Notes under the pieces: model-generated | Database searches by the model: none | Told to the model about the DNA's origin: nothing | What the model saw: the letters and a program-made list of their open reading frames with translations, nothing else | Part shown: positions 1-14,252 of the stretch, piece by piece | Layout of the letters: each line of letters begins with the position of its first letter | Position numbering within the stretch: position 1 is the first letter of the stretch | Assembly: GCA_951406725.2 (NCBI GenBank) | Contig: OX597817.1 | Location: 82,646,001-82,710,000 of the forward strand | Direction of reading: 5' to 3' | Source: Octopus vulgaris | Lineage: Eukaryota | DNA: 64,000 bases | Made by a program: the position numbers and the translations under genes

Positions 1-1016
1 TATCACTAGTGATAACAATGCTCAAAATATATAACAGACTGGAATTGTTAGCCCAGTCTCTTGTAATTTCGATCAATTGTATCTTGTCCTTCCTCTTGTA
101 TAGAAGTGTGGCTACAATCCGACGGCTGCAGCGAAATTCATTTTTGGACTTTCTAACAAAAATGCTTCCGTGTAAACGGTGAAAATATTGTCAATTTCCC
201 CAAACAGGGACACAATTCAATTTTTAAACAATAACCGAAGCTCCTTCTCCCAAAGGGGGAGGGTTACGGTTTGTAAATTATTTAACAAATGCAACACAAC
301 AACGCTTCCCTTACGAGGAACCAACAAACATGATAACAATAGTTAAACAGAAATAATAATAACAACAAACCTTATGGTAAACAAAAAAGCAGTACTCTGT
401 TGAAGCTATAGGCCTTTATGGATCAGAAATAAACCAACAGCGGTACTAAGTAGAAGCATCTTTCGTACAGCCAAACTTCATATACATACTTAATGCTAGC
501 TAATTAGCAAATAATCTAATGTAAAAGTAGTGCACACCTCCATCTAGACTATTCCATTTCTGCACTTAAATTTTATTTTTTATTTATTCCCATTCATGTG
601 AAACCACTGATTCAAGTTCAAGTCATTGATGCAATTTTATACCAATTGCTATTTTTACTTTTATTATGTTACTATAATATTAAACTTTAGTTTGATTTTA
701 ATTATTACTTACTACATATAATTCAATTGTTATTATTTTTATTGTTATTATTTTTAGTGAAAGTATCTGACATAAAATAGAGAAATGTTTTTGTTTCACT
801 TTTAACACATAATACTGAAATAGTGGAGAAGATATGATATTGCTATGGGTTCACTCTAGGCAAGAAGTTGAAGATTTTTTTTGCCCATGAAACTACATGG
901 ACCCTAAGTAAGGCATGTGTAAAATTTGAATGAAATTGGTTGTGTAGTTCTCGAGTTTTAGGGAAACACACAGACAGACAGACAGACACACATTCTCAGT
1001 TTTATATATATAAAGA
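1..1016 (-). mobile_element. Non-autonomous Helitron-like element, 3' end outside window
   Basis: Minus-strand start TCTTTATATATATAAAACTGAG followed by (TCTG)n. Shares about 5-120 and 541-1010 with the copy at 13091-14260. Confidence 0.7.
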
Positions 1017-1374
1017 TATATATATACACACACACATATAAATTTGACATGGGCAATTCTTTCTTGTCTTGAGATTCACAGTCAAACGGCTGGGTGGAAT
1101 TGCATGAAAAATTACACAGATGTGTAGAATGATCTGGTGGTGATGATGGGCTTTGTATTTTATCATAGCTCCCATGTTTAGTGAGATAATCTACTATAAT
1201 ACTACTCTTGTGTTTTTGAGTGAGAAAGGAAGGAGTGATGGATGAATAAGGGAGGAAGGGGTGATGTCATACTTGGTAGTGGGATGATGAAAATTGTAGG
1301 CTGAAAAAATAAATCAGTCAGTGTTTCAACTCTGTGTGAATATATGTGTGTGTATGTGAAAGGGGGTTCATATT

Positions 1375-1640
1375 TGTATTCACCTTCAATTCTTTCCCAT
1401 TCTTGAATTATTTGGTTGGTCCCTGTTCTATTAAATCACATGTTCCACATTGGGGGTCTCCACATTTGGTAACTTGCATCATTTCTTCCTCTGATGCAAA
1501 TCTTGCTTTGATTAGAGGTTTCTTAAGATTTGAAAGCACTTGCACATCTATAAAAGCAAAGCCCACACACATTTTGTGAAATCCCTTCCCTAAGGTTAGT
1601 ACCTTTCGACTTTCTAAAAAGGTTCTTTTCTCAATCTTAA
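1375..1640 (-). pseudogene. Decayed PLE linker fragment
   Basis: Minus strand reads NLKKPLIKARF...VTKCGDPQCGTCDLIEQG, the same CxxxxCxxC linker as KKCGRPNCGICDYLIEG in the PLE at 33.9 kb. Contains a stop codon. Confidence 0.7.
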
Positions 1641-2045
1641 CTCTTTGAGAAAAAAATATTCACTCCAAATATCATAACTGTATCAAGGAATTTCCAAAAC
1701 ACTCTAAATATATATATATATATTATAGCCTCAGGCCAACCAAAGCCTTGTGAGTGGATTTTCTATATGGAAACTGAAAGAAGGCTATTGTATGTGTGTG
1801 TGTTTCTACCCTCACCATTACTTGCCAACCGATGTTGCTGTGTTTATATTCCCATATATTAGTGGTTTGGTAAAAGACACGGATAGAATAAGTACTAGGC
1901 TTACAAAGAATAAATCTTGTGGTTGATTTGTTCGACCAATGGCAGTGCTCCAGCATGGCTGTAGTCACATGACTGAAACAAGTAAAACACCAAAAAACTA
2001 TGCCATTTTAAATATATATATATATATTTATATGCATACATATAC

Positions 2046-2104
<59 letters not shown>

Positions 2105-4852
2105 ATATATATAAATATACACAATACACACACACACACACACAAATACACACATTATGTATTTATTGTAAGTGGTGACTTATATCACTATTCCATGCAC
2201 CATTCAGAAATGTTGTATTTCAGGATTATGACATTTCTGCAATCTATCTTCATCCTGCCCATTATCTTTCAATGCAAAAGAATTCTAAGCTAGTCCCATC
2301 TACTCATATTGTCAATCCTGAAATCTTCTTGACCTCTCCAAACAATCTTCAGTTTCTAAGCACGTAAACACCGATATGGATTTTACTATGAAGTATCCCT
2401 AGACTAGTTTTGGAAAACCAATTCTTGAGACACTTCAATTTCTCTGTGACACTGTAGTCAATATCGACAAGATGCAGTTTATCTATATCTGTGAGTCTAC
2501 ATTATATTCTCTGCTCCTCTTTGTAAGCTCTTTCTTTACTTCTTGTTCCTGTTCTTCATTTCTCATCTTGTTGCTATCCTGATTCTGTTTTCTCCTCTTT
2601 CTTTATCTAAGTTCATTCCATTTTCTTCTCGTCTCCCATTAATTTTCATTTTCCTACAGTTCTTCACTTCTTTACCCTTTTCATTACCTTTCTTGATCTA
2701 CTTCAATATCTTTTGCTTCTTGGAGTTGGTACAGACAATAACTAGCCAATCAAGACAGTTTTAAAGACATACAGACTCTTACAACTTCAAATTCAAACTT
2801 CACTGGGATAATTAGTTTTCCGCTCTTTCTTATTGGAAGCAGTAAACAGCCATATTATGATGACATCATTTAATTGAATATCCCCCCTTATATCAGTCTG
2901 TTTGTCATTTTGTCCATCTGTCTACCTGTCTCTGTGTTTACCTCTCTCTCTCTCTCAACTGTAATAACTGCTACTACAGCCAACACTATCACAATGGATT
3001 GATAAAGTAGCTAACTTAACCAACAAGGATGCTTCTTTTGAGAGTAAAACAGTAGAATCTGAAGAAATTAATGATGTAGTCTGACCCAACAAATTTTAAT
3101 GCAAAATCTTTAGACAGCAGAGTAAATTTAATACTTGTTTACAATTATGTTCGTTATTCTTTACTCAGCATGATTGATGCTTTAACGAAAAGTTTGTTGA
3201 CAAACTCTACACAATCATATCTTGCTCTATAATAAAGACAAGATTTTTCAGAATTCTATATTTTATCTCATTTTTGAGAAATGGTTTTGCTCATTGTACA
3301 TCAGTCATGGTGGACAGTAGAATGCTTCTTTGGTTAACTACCCTGATGACGTGGCTTGTAACCACATTAGTTTTGATAAGGATGATAAATCAATACCAGC
3401 ATGGAAGACAGAAGTTAAATAATAACTAGTAAGACCCATGAATATTTCACAGAATTAATGGTAAACTTATTGGGTTATTTCTAAAAACTTTATCCCAAAA
3501 CTCTCAAAGTGTAGCCTCTGTTGTGTCTGTATCAAAAGATAGTCACTCATCTGCTTCTCATTGTAAAGTGAAGGAAGCTGGAATACGATGATTACTTAAT
3601 GCATTTTATATATTCACCTTATATATTTTATGCACAATTTTATCAACTTAATACACAGCACTCTCCCTTAATCTCTCTCACTCACCATCTTAACTTCTTT
3701 TCCACCCACCTTTTCTCTTTCTCCCCCCTTTTCTTTCTCTTTTTTTCTCTCCCTTTTTCTCCTGCTCTTTGCCTTTCTCTTCAACTAATCATGTGAAAGC
3801 GTTACATATGGGCTAAGTAATGGAAGAAAAATCTTAGTGCCCCCCAAAAAATAATAACTGCACATTTCACCCACTACCACAATGAGACTAAGGGCCCTGT
3901 TCTGATCTACGTATGTTGTGGCTTGCTGTCAATAAATACTATAGGCCCCAGTACTTTGATAATCCTGGGGCCCAGTATTGTTGCTCAGATAGCCCTGTTT
4001 GTAGGAGATATCTAGTTTTACAGAAGAGTATTTTTTGTAGAAATGGTACAATCAACAGAAAGTGTTAAAAATTATGCTATCAATACAAGGCAACACTGAT
4101 GGAATATTTTAACACAAAACATAGAAGAACAAAAAGCATTGCAAATTGCTGTATAAACTTTTTTGCTGCTATTCCAGATGTATTTATAATATTTTTTCTA
4201 CTATAAGTAGAATACTAGCAGCAATCCAGTTGATTGGAATGATGTGAAAGTCATCAGTTAAAATATGAGAAAAACTTGAAATGAATGGAAGCTATAATTT
4301 CTTCGAAAGCCTTTTGTTATATTTAATATTATGAAAGAAAACAAGACTAAATAATAAACAAGACTAATAATAAAGACTAGAAAAAAATTCTATAAACTTT
4401 TCTTATATCATACATTTCAGTCATTGAGGTGCTGGAGAATTCTGCTTGTCAAAAGACATGTTCTATTATTTCAAAAGAAAACAGTTATAACACTTATTTT
4501 GTTTCTGTAATTTTTATGTAAGATTTTCAATGAAATAAGACATTGTGTTTCTATGCATAACAAAACATTTTCACATATGCTTATATTCATAAGAATGCAG
4601 AAAGTATGCTTGAATTGAATTTATCATTGGATGATGCTTTCCTAAGGTTTAAAAAATATAATTGATATTTTTTCCAAAAGATATTGGAAAACTAGTTCAA
4701 TGAAAGTAAAAATTGTTGAAACTGGTAATTACATATGTAACATAGCTAATTAAACATAGCATTAGAATTCTTTGAGGATTGTCAATATTGAACTATGATA
4801 GAAAGAATATAATTACAGAACATACATTACAAGATACTTTTAAAATCATAAA

Positions 4853-4910
4853 ATTTTGATAAATTAAAAAATTTACTCTAATTTTAAAAATATAAGTTTA
4901 AATATATATA

Positions 4911-4972
<62 letters not shown>

Positions 4973-5064
4973 ATATATATATATATATATAATATTATAT
5001 ATATATATATAACTAAGATTATAATTAATACTTATATTATATATATATATATATATATCACCAC

Positions 5065-5146
<82 letters not shown>

Positions 5147-5260
5147 CACACACACACACATATATGTGTATGTACATATGTATGAATATAAAGATACATG
5201 CATCTTTATGCATAAATATACATATACACACTAGCACATATATATGCAAACTTGCATATA
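4853..5260. repeat. Long (TA)n/(CA)n microsatellite tract
   Basis: Directly visible. Source of the YIYI ORFs. Confidence 0.95.
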
Positions 5261-5379
5261 TATATATTCATACATGCACAAATAGATGGACATAGAGAGA
5301 GACACACACATACAATGTGCATCTATATCTTTACCTACGTATCTACCTACACACTCACCCATCTTTTATTCTTATCAGT

Positions 5380-7450
5380 AAATGAAGCCAAGTGTTATGT
5401 GTGAGTCTTTCCTTGATTCCAATCATTTCAATGCAAGTTTTTTGTGGTCCCATCTGTATCAGTGACATTGGCCTTGTAAACCAGTTCTTTCTCCCAGAAC
5501 TCTGGGATGGTTCTTAATGCTATTACTTGCAATGTGACTGAATATCATCAAGCCTATGTTAGAGAAGCAAATACAGCTAACTTCAACTATATTTCTATTA
5601 AAAAATCTTGTTATAATTATGTCGGTGTGGGAAGTGGATATCTATAAATTTCAGAAATCATTTAGCTATATTTGTAGCCATGTTCATTCTGTATGGACTA
5701 TTATACCACAAAATTTCTCAGCCTATATATCTTTTTCGTTAAAGTTTGGTTCAATATGGTTTATAATGTTCTTAAAATTGGATTGTGAATTGTAAAATGG
5801 TGCTGCTTTTGCCTCGTCAGAGAATAGGTTGGAAATATGCCTGCTAATAGTATTAATTAGTCATTTACTAACTGATGGTGGATAGAGCACCTGCTGGTGT
5901 CAGCAGTGCCTTCAGTTGGTTTATTAAAATGTCCAAATTTACCAGCATTAAGATTCCTATTAATGTCTAGGAAATTTAATTTGTTAAGATTAGTGCTAAC
6001 AGTAGTTTTTGAATTGACTAAATATTTTGCATAAATTTTTTCTTCTTTTATCCATATCGTAGCCATTTTGTTTATGAATTACTCCTCAGTTGTTGTACCC
6101 ATACAACCCTATTCTGGAATCTTCTATTTTATTGTTAAAAATATGTAGGATATAGAGACCATGTAGAGACCAACAAGATCCTCAACCTCTGCTCCAACAT
6201 GGCTCCCCATCCAAATAGTTCATCTCCATTCTTTTTTACTCAATATATACTAGCTATTTTGACCTGTGCTTCGCTCGGGTTTTGGTGGTGGTGTTGCTTT
6301 GTGCATGTTGTCTCCTTTTCCCTTTCTTCTTCTTCTTTTGTTCGTCTTCTTTGCCTGGTTCTTTTTATTGCCCTCTTCTTTACCCCCTTTCCAAAATCCC
6401 CCCAATTTTTACACCCACAATTAAAGATAACCACCTCTAGCCCCTGCAGCAACATGAAAAGCCACCATTATTCAAACAGCGCAACCTGTCTATCCCATAA
6501 AACTCAATTTTTCCCATATTCCTCCCCGTGGCAACCAAACGGTAGCCCCAAGTGACTTGCAACGCCATTGCCCACCCCATTTTACACTCCAGTGTAAATT
6601 TTGGCGCCAATCCAACCCCATCTACCACCCCTTAAACCGCTCCCATCCCAAAATGAGACAAATAACCAAGAAATCAAACAACTTTTTCGCATTTCAGGTT
6701 TATAGATATTGATTGTATTGAAAAAGCAATGGTTTCTTTGGAATCATTATAAGGGTTATATCCATGATAGTCATACTTGTATATACTTTACTCAACTTGA
6801 TTGTCTGTTGGAGATGATTTCTGGAGATTGAGGAGTAAAAGTCCATGATGTCAAACTAGATAAATTTGCATTTGGCTGTATCTTTAATATTCTTAATCCA
6901 TTCAATGATTGTGCTGCTACATATCTACTGGGTGAGGTTTGGAGAGGCTATGAAGAGTCATATGATCATAACTGGCATAAATTTGCTGATTATGCCTACA
7001 TAGCTTTTTGTGGGATTTATCATTCTACATGTAGCTAGGGTTTTGCATGAAATTATCTATGTGGTCTTTTAGTGTTACAAAAGGTTTTCATGGGATGAGT
7101 TGTTTTACTCTATTTACAACGTTAAATTTTGTATCTAATTTATTTTGCCTAAGTCTTGATTAAATTATATGCCCTAGAGTTTATCCCTTTTTATATGTTT
7201 TTGTTAAGTTATCAATTAGTAATTTATTACGTGTGGGGTTATCTACCTCATAAATACTTTCCATTTTATCTTCTTTTACTAATTCATTTATAGAGTTCTT
7301 AAATGGTTTGAGAAATACATTTAATTTATGTTGGAAGCTATTAGATCTAAGGTTGAATTAATATTATTTTTAACACATTAATCTATTGATAGCATTATTC
7401 ATCCACAATTAAGTAATATTTATCCTCATAACGCAGCATTGAATACACAT
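5380..7450 (-). pseudogene. Decayed PLE reverse transcriptase, interrupted by a Helitron
   Basis: Frameshifted minus-strand peptides FVTLKDH, CRMINPTKS, FDIMDFYSSIS, IGLY, LNFLDI, WYNSPY..TNIAK*FLKFIDIHFP..KIFNRN, typical of PLE RT/thumb. Boundaries approximate. Confidence 0.75.
6250..6712 (-). mobile_element. Non-autonomous Helitron-like element nested in the PLE relic
   Basis: 3' CTAG at 6250-6253 with a nearby GC hairpin (acctgtgcttcgctcgggt). 5' TC start near 6706-6712. A|T insertion context. Confidence 0.6.
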
Positions 7451-7629
7451 TCTAACTAATACTATTGGTCACACATACACACAGACATTCTTTAAGTCCA
7501 TTTAGGTGAAACATTTTTGAGTGTGCTCATAAAAGGGTCTTACGTTATTTATTCCAGTTACCGCTTACTGTTCCAATCTTCCAGAGTAATTTTATGGGAT
7601 AGTTATTAGTCTGGTAGCATAGGATGAAT

Positions 7630-7937
7630 GTAGTAATAACAAGAATTTTGGATGGAAATTCTACACTCCTTTAATGCATTGCATACATATATTTCCACAA
7701 ACCTAATACTTTAGCTATAGTATTCCCCATCCACAGCATATTACAAATATTATTTGCAAAATCCATGGATTCTATGGGGAATATTAATACATACGTTTGT
7801 TTCTTCAGGCAAAAGTTGCATTAGTGTTCTGGCTGTATCGAATGTTTAGCTATGAGATATTTACCAATTTACACCAATCAGAAGGATCTTTGGGGTCTAT
7901 GAGCAGTTGCTGTGACTATTTTGACATACCATACAGA

Positions 7938-7978
<41 letters not shown>

Positions 7979-8265
7979 GTATGATAAGTGAAACTAGTCA
8001 ACAACAATCCATAGATCATTCTGATTGGTGTAAGTTGGGAAATATCCCTTAGCAAAACATCTGATACAGCCAGGACACCAATGTAACTTTGCCTATTTTT
8101 TCTTCAGGCATGTATTAATATTCCCCTTAGAATCAATGAATTTTGCAAATCATATTTGTAAATATCCAGTGGATGGGAAATACAACAGCTAAAGCATGAG
8201 ATTTGTGGAAACATTCATAGCAATGCATTAAAGAATTTACAAATTTCCATCCAAGAGTTCTTATA
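7630..8265. mobile_element. Old fold-back/MITE-like element with diverged arms of about 270 bp
   Basis: 7640-7905 is an imperfect reverse complement of 7995-8262, with a (TA)n tract in the spacer. Confidence 0.7.
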
Positions 8266-8279
8266 CTATATATATATAT

Positions 8280-9270
8280 CATCATCATCATCATTTAGCG
8301 TCCACTTTCCATGCTAGCATGGGTTGGACGGTTCAACTGGGGTCTGGGAAGCCCGCAGGCTGCACCAGGCCCAGTTTGATCTGGCAATGTTTCTACGGCT
8401 GGATGCCCTTCCTAACGCCAACCACTCCATGAGTGTAGTGGGTGCTTTTTACGTGCCACCGGCACAGGTGCCAGACGAGTCTGGCAAATGGCCATGATCG
8501 GATGGTGCTTTTTATGTGCCACTGGCACGAGGCCAGTCGGGGCGGCGCTGGCAACGGCCATGTTCGGATGTTTCTCTTACATGCCACCGGCACTGGTATC
8601 TCAGCAGCAATTTCCATTGATCGATTTCGATTCTCACTTGCCTCAACAGGTCTTCACAAGTAGAGTTTTGTGTCCCAAGAAGGGAAGGTATGCGTAAGTG
8701 GACTGGCTACATCCTGTGTAGAAGGCCACGGGTTATGGTCTCACTTGTCCTGCCAGGTCTTCTCACGCACAGCATACTTCCAGAGGTCTTGGTCTCTAGT
8801 CATTTCCTCAGTGAGACCTAAAGTTCGAAGGTCGTGCTTCACCACCTCGTCCCAGGTTTTCCTGGGCTGCCTCTTCCACAGGTTCCCTCAACCGCTAGGG
8901 TGTGGCACTTTTTCACACAACTATCTTCACCCATTCTCACCACATGGCCATACCAGTGCAAACGTCTCTCTTGCACACCACATCTGATGCTTCTTAGGTC
9001 CAGCTTTCCTCTCAAGGTACTTACACTCTGTCGAGTATGAACACTGACATTACACATCCATCGGAGCATACTGGCTTCATTTCTTGCGAGCTTATGCATA
9101 TCCACAGCAGTCACGGCCCATGTTTCACTGCCATGTAGCATGGCTGTTTGTACACATGCGTCATACAGTCTGTCTTTTACTCTGAGCGAGAGGCCTTTTG
9201 TCACCAGCAGAGGTAAGAGCTCTCTGAACTTTGCCCAAGCTATTCTTACTCTAGCAGTTACACTTTCTGT
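8280..9270 (-). mobile_element. 5'-truncated RTE-clade LINE (ORF C-terminus, repeat-containing 3' region, (GAT)n tail)
   Basis: ORF 8839-9204 has RTE C-terminal motifs (K.RLYDACV..AMLHGSETW, LRWMC, RRLHWYGHVVRM). The 3' module recurs at about 12728-13055, 15820-16010, 28015-28580, 42783-43575, 46940-47212, 47545-48100, 50080-50480 and 58537-58845. Confidence 0.85.
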
Positions 9271-9311
<41 letters not shown>

Positions 9312-10591
9312 TGAGGGGCGTTCAATAAGTAATGCCCCTGACCCACTTCTCATAGCAGTAGAGCAACGAAACTTGGCACAGTTATTAGTCTTTTTTTTCA
9401 TAGGAACCACTCAGAGTTACGCATTTCTCCCATCGTTTGATGCAGCTCTGGAGACCGTTTTTGTAGAAGACCCCAGCTTGGACCTCCAACCATGATGTGA
9501 CTTCAGAAATCAAGGCTGCATCATCTGGGAAATGCTTTCCTTTCAAAAACAACTTCATGGCTGGGAAGAGGTGAAAACCAGAGGGTGCAAGGCCAGGAGA
9601 GTAGGGGAAATGGGGGAGGAGTTCATAGTCGCACGCCTGTGCTTCTGATCTGGCGACACGCGAGTTGTGGACCGGAGCGTTGTCCTGCAGGAGGAGGCCT
9701 TTGCTGATCTTGCCCCGCCTCTTGATTTTGATAGCTTCCCTTAATTTCCTCAAAAGTGAAGCATAATAGGCTCATGTAATTGTGGTATCCTTTGCCAAGA
9801 AATCTGTCATCACTACTTCGTCCTGGTCCCAGAAGACTGTGAGCATGACCTTGCCAGCGGAGGGCTGCACCCTTGCCTTCTTTGGAGGAGGTGAGTCATG
9901 GTGCTTCCACTGCATTGACTGGGCTTTGGTCTCTGGATCATAGTGATGGACCCAGATTTCATCCTGTGTAATCAGTCTTTTGAAAAATTTTGACTCATCT
10001 TCTTGGCATATCTCCAAATTCATCCTTGAGCACTCGACGCGTTCTTGCTTCTGAGCAACCTGGGAGTCCATCTGGCAGATACCTTTTGCATATGCAAATG
10101 GTCATGAATGATAGTTTCCACAGACCCGGTACTAATCTTGACCTCATGGGCTATTTGGCGAATAGTTATGCGTCGATCTTCCAAAATGGCAGCCCCAACT
10201 TGACAGACAGATGCCTAATCAATGGCAGAAGCGGGGCGACCAGATCTGGGAGCTGTTTCTACAGAGTTCCGACCATGTTTGAATTCACGATGCCAGCGTT
10301 TTACAAGGTCATATGATGGGGCATCATCACCATAAGTTACTTTCATTTCATGAAAAGTCTCCCACGATGTACGTCCTTTCAAATACAAAAACCGGATCAC
10401 TGCTCGACACTCAACAGGCTCCATTTCACACTTGACTCAGTTCAAACACCTGTAAATCAGAAACCACCATTAGTTCAGAGCTGTAATTTGCCACTTCATC
10501 TATAGAGATATAAATAATTGCACATGCAAAATTTCAGCTAGATCAAACAAATGCAAGTGGGTCAGGGGCATTACTTACTGAACGCCCCTCG
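9312..10591 (-). mobile_element. Full-length defective mariner transposon (1280 bp)
   Basis: TIRs GAGGGGCGTTCA(A/G)TAAGTAATGCCCCTGACCCACTT with TA flanks. Frameshifted transposase in ORFs 10215-10424, 9772-10071 and 9385-9753 (ITQDEIWVHHYDPE, LLQDNAPVH, YSPGLAPSGFHLF). Confidence 0.95.
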
Positions 10592-11252
10592 TAGATAGAT
10601 AGATAGAGATATGTACATTTAGATATACATATACATATGTATGTACACACACAAACACACATGCACATACACACACTCACACAAATATATATACACACAA
10701 AAAGACACATGTGTGCATATACATATTTCTTCTCATATATCTTTGTGTGCGTGTATAAAGGTATATTTATATCTTTCACCATACATGATTGTTCAAAGAT
10801 ATAAACACTGCCAAATCACTACATTCTTAATACAAAGCCCATCAAGTTACATAAACCAATGAGTGACCTGTTATAAATATATGACAGACAACGCTATCAC
10901 TCAGAAATTCAACAGAACAGAAATGATAAAATGATGCCGCATGCTGAGAACATGTCAGTTTACAAACAAATAAATGTTTGGCTTACCAAATCATGCATTC
11001 ATGACTTAATCAACCAAGCCTTAATACTAACTCTACCTGGACCATATGACACTTCAGGTATCAAATACCTGTCTCTTAATGAGTGTTTAAAAACAGGCAT
11101 GGCTGTGTGGTAAGAAGCGTACTTGCTAACCACATGTTTCTGAATTCAATCCCACTGTGTGGCACATTAGGCAAGTGTCTTCTACTGTACCCTCGAGCTG
11201 ACCAAAGCTTGGTGAGAGGATTTGGTTGACAGAAACTAAAAGAAGCCTTATA

Positions 11253-11486
11253 AAGGCGGTGAGCTAGCAGAAACATTAGCACGCTGGGTGAAATATCTAG
11301 CGATATTTCGTCTGCAATTACATTCTGAGTTCAAATTCTGTCGAGGTCGACTTCACCTTTCATCCTTTCGGGGTTGATAAATTAAGTACCAGTTACGCAC
11401 TGGGGTCAATGTAATCGACTTAATCCCTTTGTCTGTCCTTGTTTGTCCCCTCCATGTTTGGCCCCTTGTGGGCAATAAAGAAATAA
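11253..11486 (+). mobile_element. tRNA-derived SINE, family B (Meta-domain-like), representative copy
   Basis: Head GGCGGTGAGCTAGCAGAA, B-box GAGTTCAAATT, central CCTTTCATCCTTTCGGGGT.GATAAATTAAGTACCAG. Other copies at about 16205, 23700, 25228, 29200, 31088-32080, 50608, 57710 and 59005-59450. Confidence 0.8.
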
Positions 11487-11523
11487 GAAACTGAAAGAAG
11501 CCTTTCATATATATATATATATA

Positions 11524-12246
11524 CAATATGTTACATTACTCGGTAGTCAAGATAAAACTCTGAGTTTCAGATGCCGAAGTGGAAATCCACAACACCATCT
11601 CTTCGGTTATCTGGCTATTTGAAAACGTTATGAAAAAATACCGTTAAATAAAGGGAAATTACTCTGTTATAACTGTGCTTGCCTGCGTACTTATACATCG
11701 CTCGCATTTTTCGTCATAAAAATTATATAAAAATACATAAAAAATATATAAAAAATATATAAAAATATATAAATTATTCTTGGGACATAACATAGAAAGC
11801 ATGTTCTATCTGTTTTCTTTAGGGGACCAAAAACGTAACAGAAATTTAGTCACATGTGGGCATGATCCGAAAAGCTCTGTCCTTGTATTTAGACATGTAG
11901 TAGGGTCTAAGCTGCTTTTCCAGATAAGCCATCTCTCCATGTCGCATAGGCCGCACCTTCTGCTGCCGTTAGTATAGGGCTTACATCTGGCCAAAATCTT
12001 CCATTGTATGTTATAATCGACACCTTTATCTCTTAAAGACCAAATATGATTAGACAATTGTGTCGCTTATCTTTTGTTCCAGTGCCTAAAGCTCAAAGTG
12101 TGGTTATTGAACCTGGCCTTGAAATTACCCTCTTTATGTATTTTTATATAATTTTTATGACGAAAAATGCGAGCGATGTATAAGTACGCAGGCAAGCACA
12201 GTTATAACAGAGTAATTTCCCTTTATTTAACGGTATTTTTTCATAA
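11524..12246 (-). mobile_element. 5'-truncated PLE with a short inverted arm
   Basis: Endonuclease C-terminus LSNHIWSL..WKILARCKPY..GSRRCGLC..E..LNTRTEL..CPH (11806-12130). 11628-11741 is inverted at 12133-12246. Starts at a (TA)n tract. Confidence 0.85.
11550..11612 (-). ncRNA. Type I hammerhead-like motif (variant core)
   Basis: AGAUAA-CCGAAGA-GAUG..CAUC-U-GAAA-CUCAGAG-UU-UUAUCU. 6-bp stem I, U4C, and a one-nucleotide register anomaly at stem II. Confidence 0.6.
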
Positions 12247-12718
12247 AGAACTCTCTGTTACTTTGGATGGAGCAGAAGTTTGGGCTTGACAATGTGGTGC
12301 TTATCAAGGATTCTGCACCATGCCATGCGTCAAAAGCAACGCAGGCCTTCCTTGGTGAGAAGATGTCATTTATTGTGGGGGCCAACATCTGGCCCAGTAA
12401 TAGCCAAGATCTCAACCTTCTCAATTACTTTTTATGGAGCATACTTCAAGCAAGGACCAGTACCTTACCACACTCGAGTGTCAATAGTCTAAAGACCTGC
12501 ATGATGAATGCAACATGCAAAATCAAAAAGGTGGAGATTGTGGTAGCTACAAAAATATTTTGTTCCATGTTGAGGCAGTAATTGCCCAAAATGGCAGTCA
12601 TATTGAGTGATAAACGTTTTTGTAGTAATAAATTATATCTGTCTACTATGATTATTTCAATATTTAAAACCAGTTTCATGCATCATAAAAATTGTCTCAA
12701 TTTATTTGTAAGACCCAG
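12247..12718 (+). mobile_element. 3' fragment of a DD37D-type Tc1/mariner element
   Basis: KDSAPCH...WPSNSQDLNLLNYFLW with 37 residues between the catalytic positions. Ends GACCCAG|TA. Confidence 0.75.
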
Positions 12719-13056
12719 TATATATATATCATCATCATCATCATCATCATCATCGTTTAACATCCGCTTTCCATGCTAGCATGGGTTGGACGATTTTGAC
12801 TGAGGGCTGGCGAACCAGATGGCTGCACCAGGCGCCAATCTTGATCTGGCAGAGTTTCTACAGCTGGATGCCTTTCCTAACGCCAACTTCTCTGAGAGTG
12901 TAGTGGGTGCTTTTTACGTGCAACCGGCACGGGGGCCAGTCAGGCGGTACTGACAACGACCTCGCTCGAATCCTTTTACACATGCCACCAGCACAGGTGC
13001 CAGTAAGGCGTCGTTGGTAACGATCACGCTCGAATGGTGCCCTTTTACGTGCCACA

Positions 13057-13090
<34 letters not shown>

Positions 13091-13156
13091 CTAGCATTAT
13101 GACCGGTCGTTGCCGGGTCATAGTGCTAGTGTATGTATATATGTGTACATATTACA

Positions 13157-13199
<43 letters not shown>

Positions 13200-14252
13200 G
13201 TCTACGCATAAAATACAAAATACAAAGTTATATCTTGATAACGCTAGTGATAACAATACTCAAAATATATAACAGACTGGAATTGTTAGCCCGATTAATT
13301 GTATCTTGTCCTCCCTCTTGTATAGAAGTATGGCTACAATCCAGCCTACCTCAACTTCTGGGGGGAAGGCATTTTTAATTTTTATCCGGCACGTCCTACG
13401 TCCCAGATATAAAGGTAAAAATTAAATATTTCCATTTTGCAAGTTCGAGTTGTGTACTCTCTTGCACACTCCGTTGACTCGAACCTTGCTTCTATTGTGG
13501 CGAATTTACCGCCTCTGGTTAGATATCTTTCATAGTCGCACCAAGACACTTTTCGATGGTGCTTTCCTCCAGGTGTTCAAATCTTCTTTTTTCTCTACAT
13601 TGTATACTTTATAGACAATAGCCTTTTCTTTAATTTAATTTTTTATTATCCATCTAGACTATTCCATTTCTGCACGCTAATTTTATTTTTAATTTATTCC
13701 CATTCATGTGAAACCACTCATTCAAGTTCAAATCATTGATGCAATTTTATACCAATTGTTATTTTTACTTTTGTTATGTTACGATTATATTATACTTTAG
13801 TTTGATTTTAATTATTACTTACTACATATAATTCAATTGTTATTATTATTTTTATAGTTAAAGTGAAAGTATCTGACATAAAATCGAGAAATGTTTTTGT
13901 TTCACTTTTAACATGTAATACTGAAATAGTGGAGAAGATATGATATTGCTATGGGATTGCTCTAGGCATGAAGTTGAACATTCTTTTTGCCCATGAAACT
14001 ACATGGACCCTAAGTAAGGCATGTGTAAAATTTGAATGAAATTGGTTGTGTAGTTTTCAAGTTTTAGGGAATCGTAGTGGAGAAGATATGATATTGCTGT
14101 GGGCTCGCCCTAGGCAAATAGTTAAAAAATTATTTTGCCGATGACATTCCCCGGACCCTAAGTAAGGCATGTGTAAAATTGGAATGAAATTGGTTTTGTA
14201 GTTCTCAAGTTTTAGGGAAACACACAGACAGACAGACAGACACACATTCTCA

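Noticed and set aside
2200-2800. Candidate next TSNAXIP1 exon (purine-rich on minus strand)
   Set aside because: Frequent stops and no recognisable similarity to the expected downstream peptide.
3830-4850. Possible decayed hAT transposon
   Set aside because: GGGGCCC subterminal-like motifs are present, but there is no convincing TIR pair, TSD or readable transposase motif.
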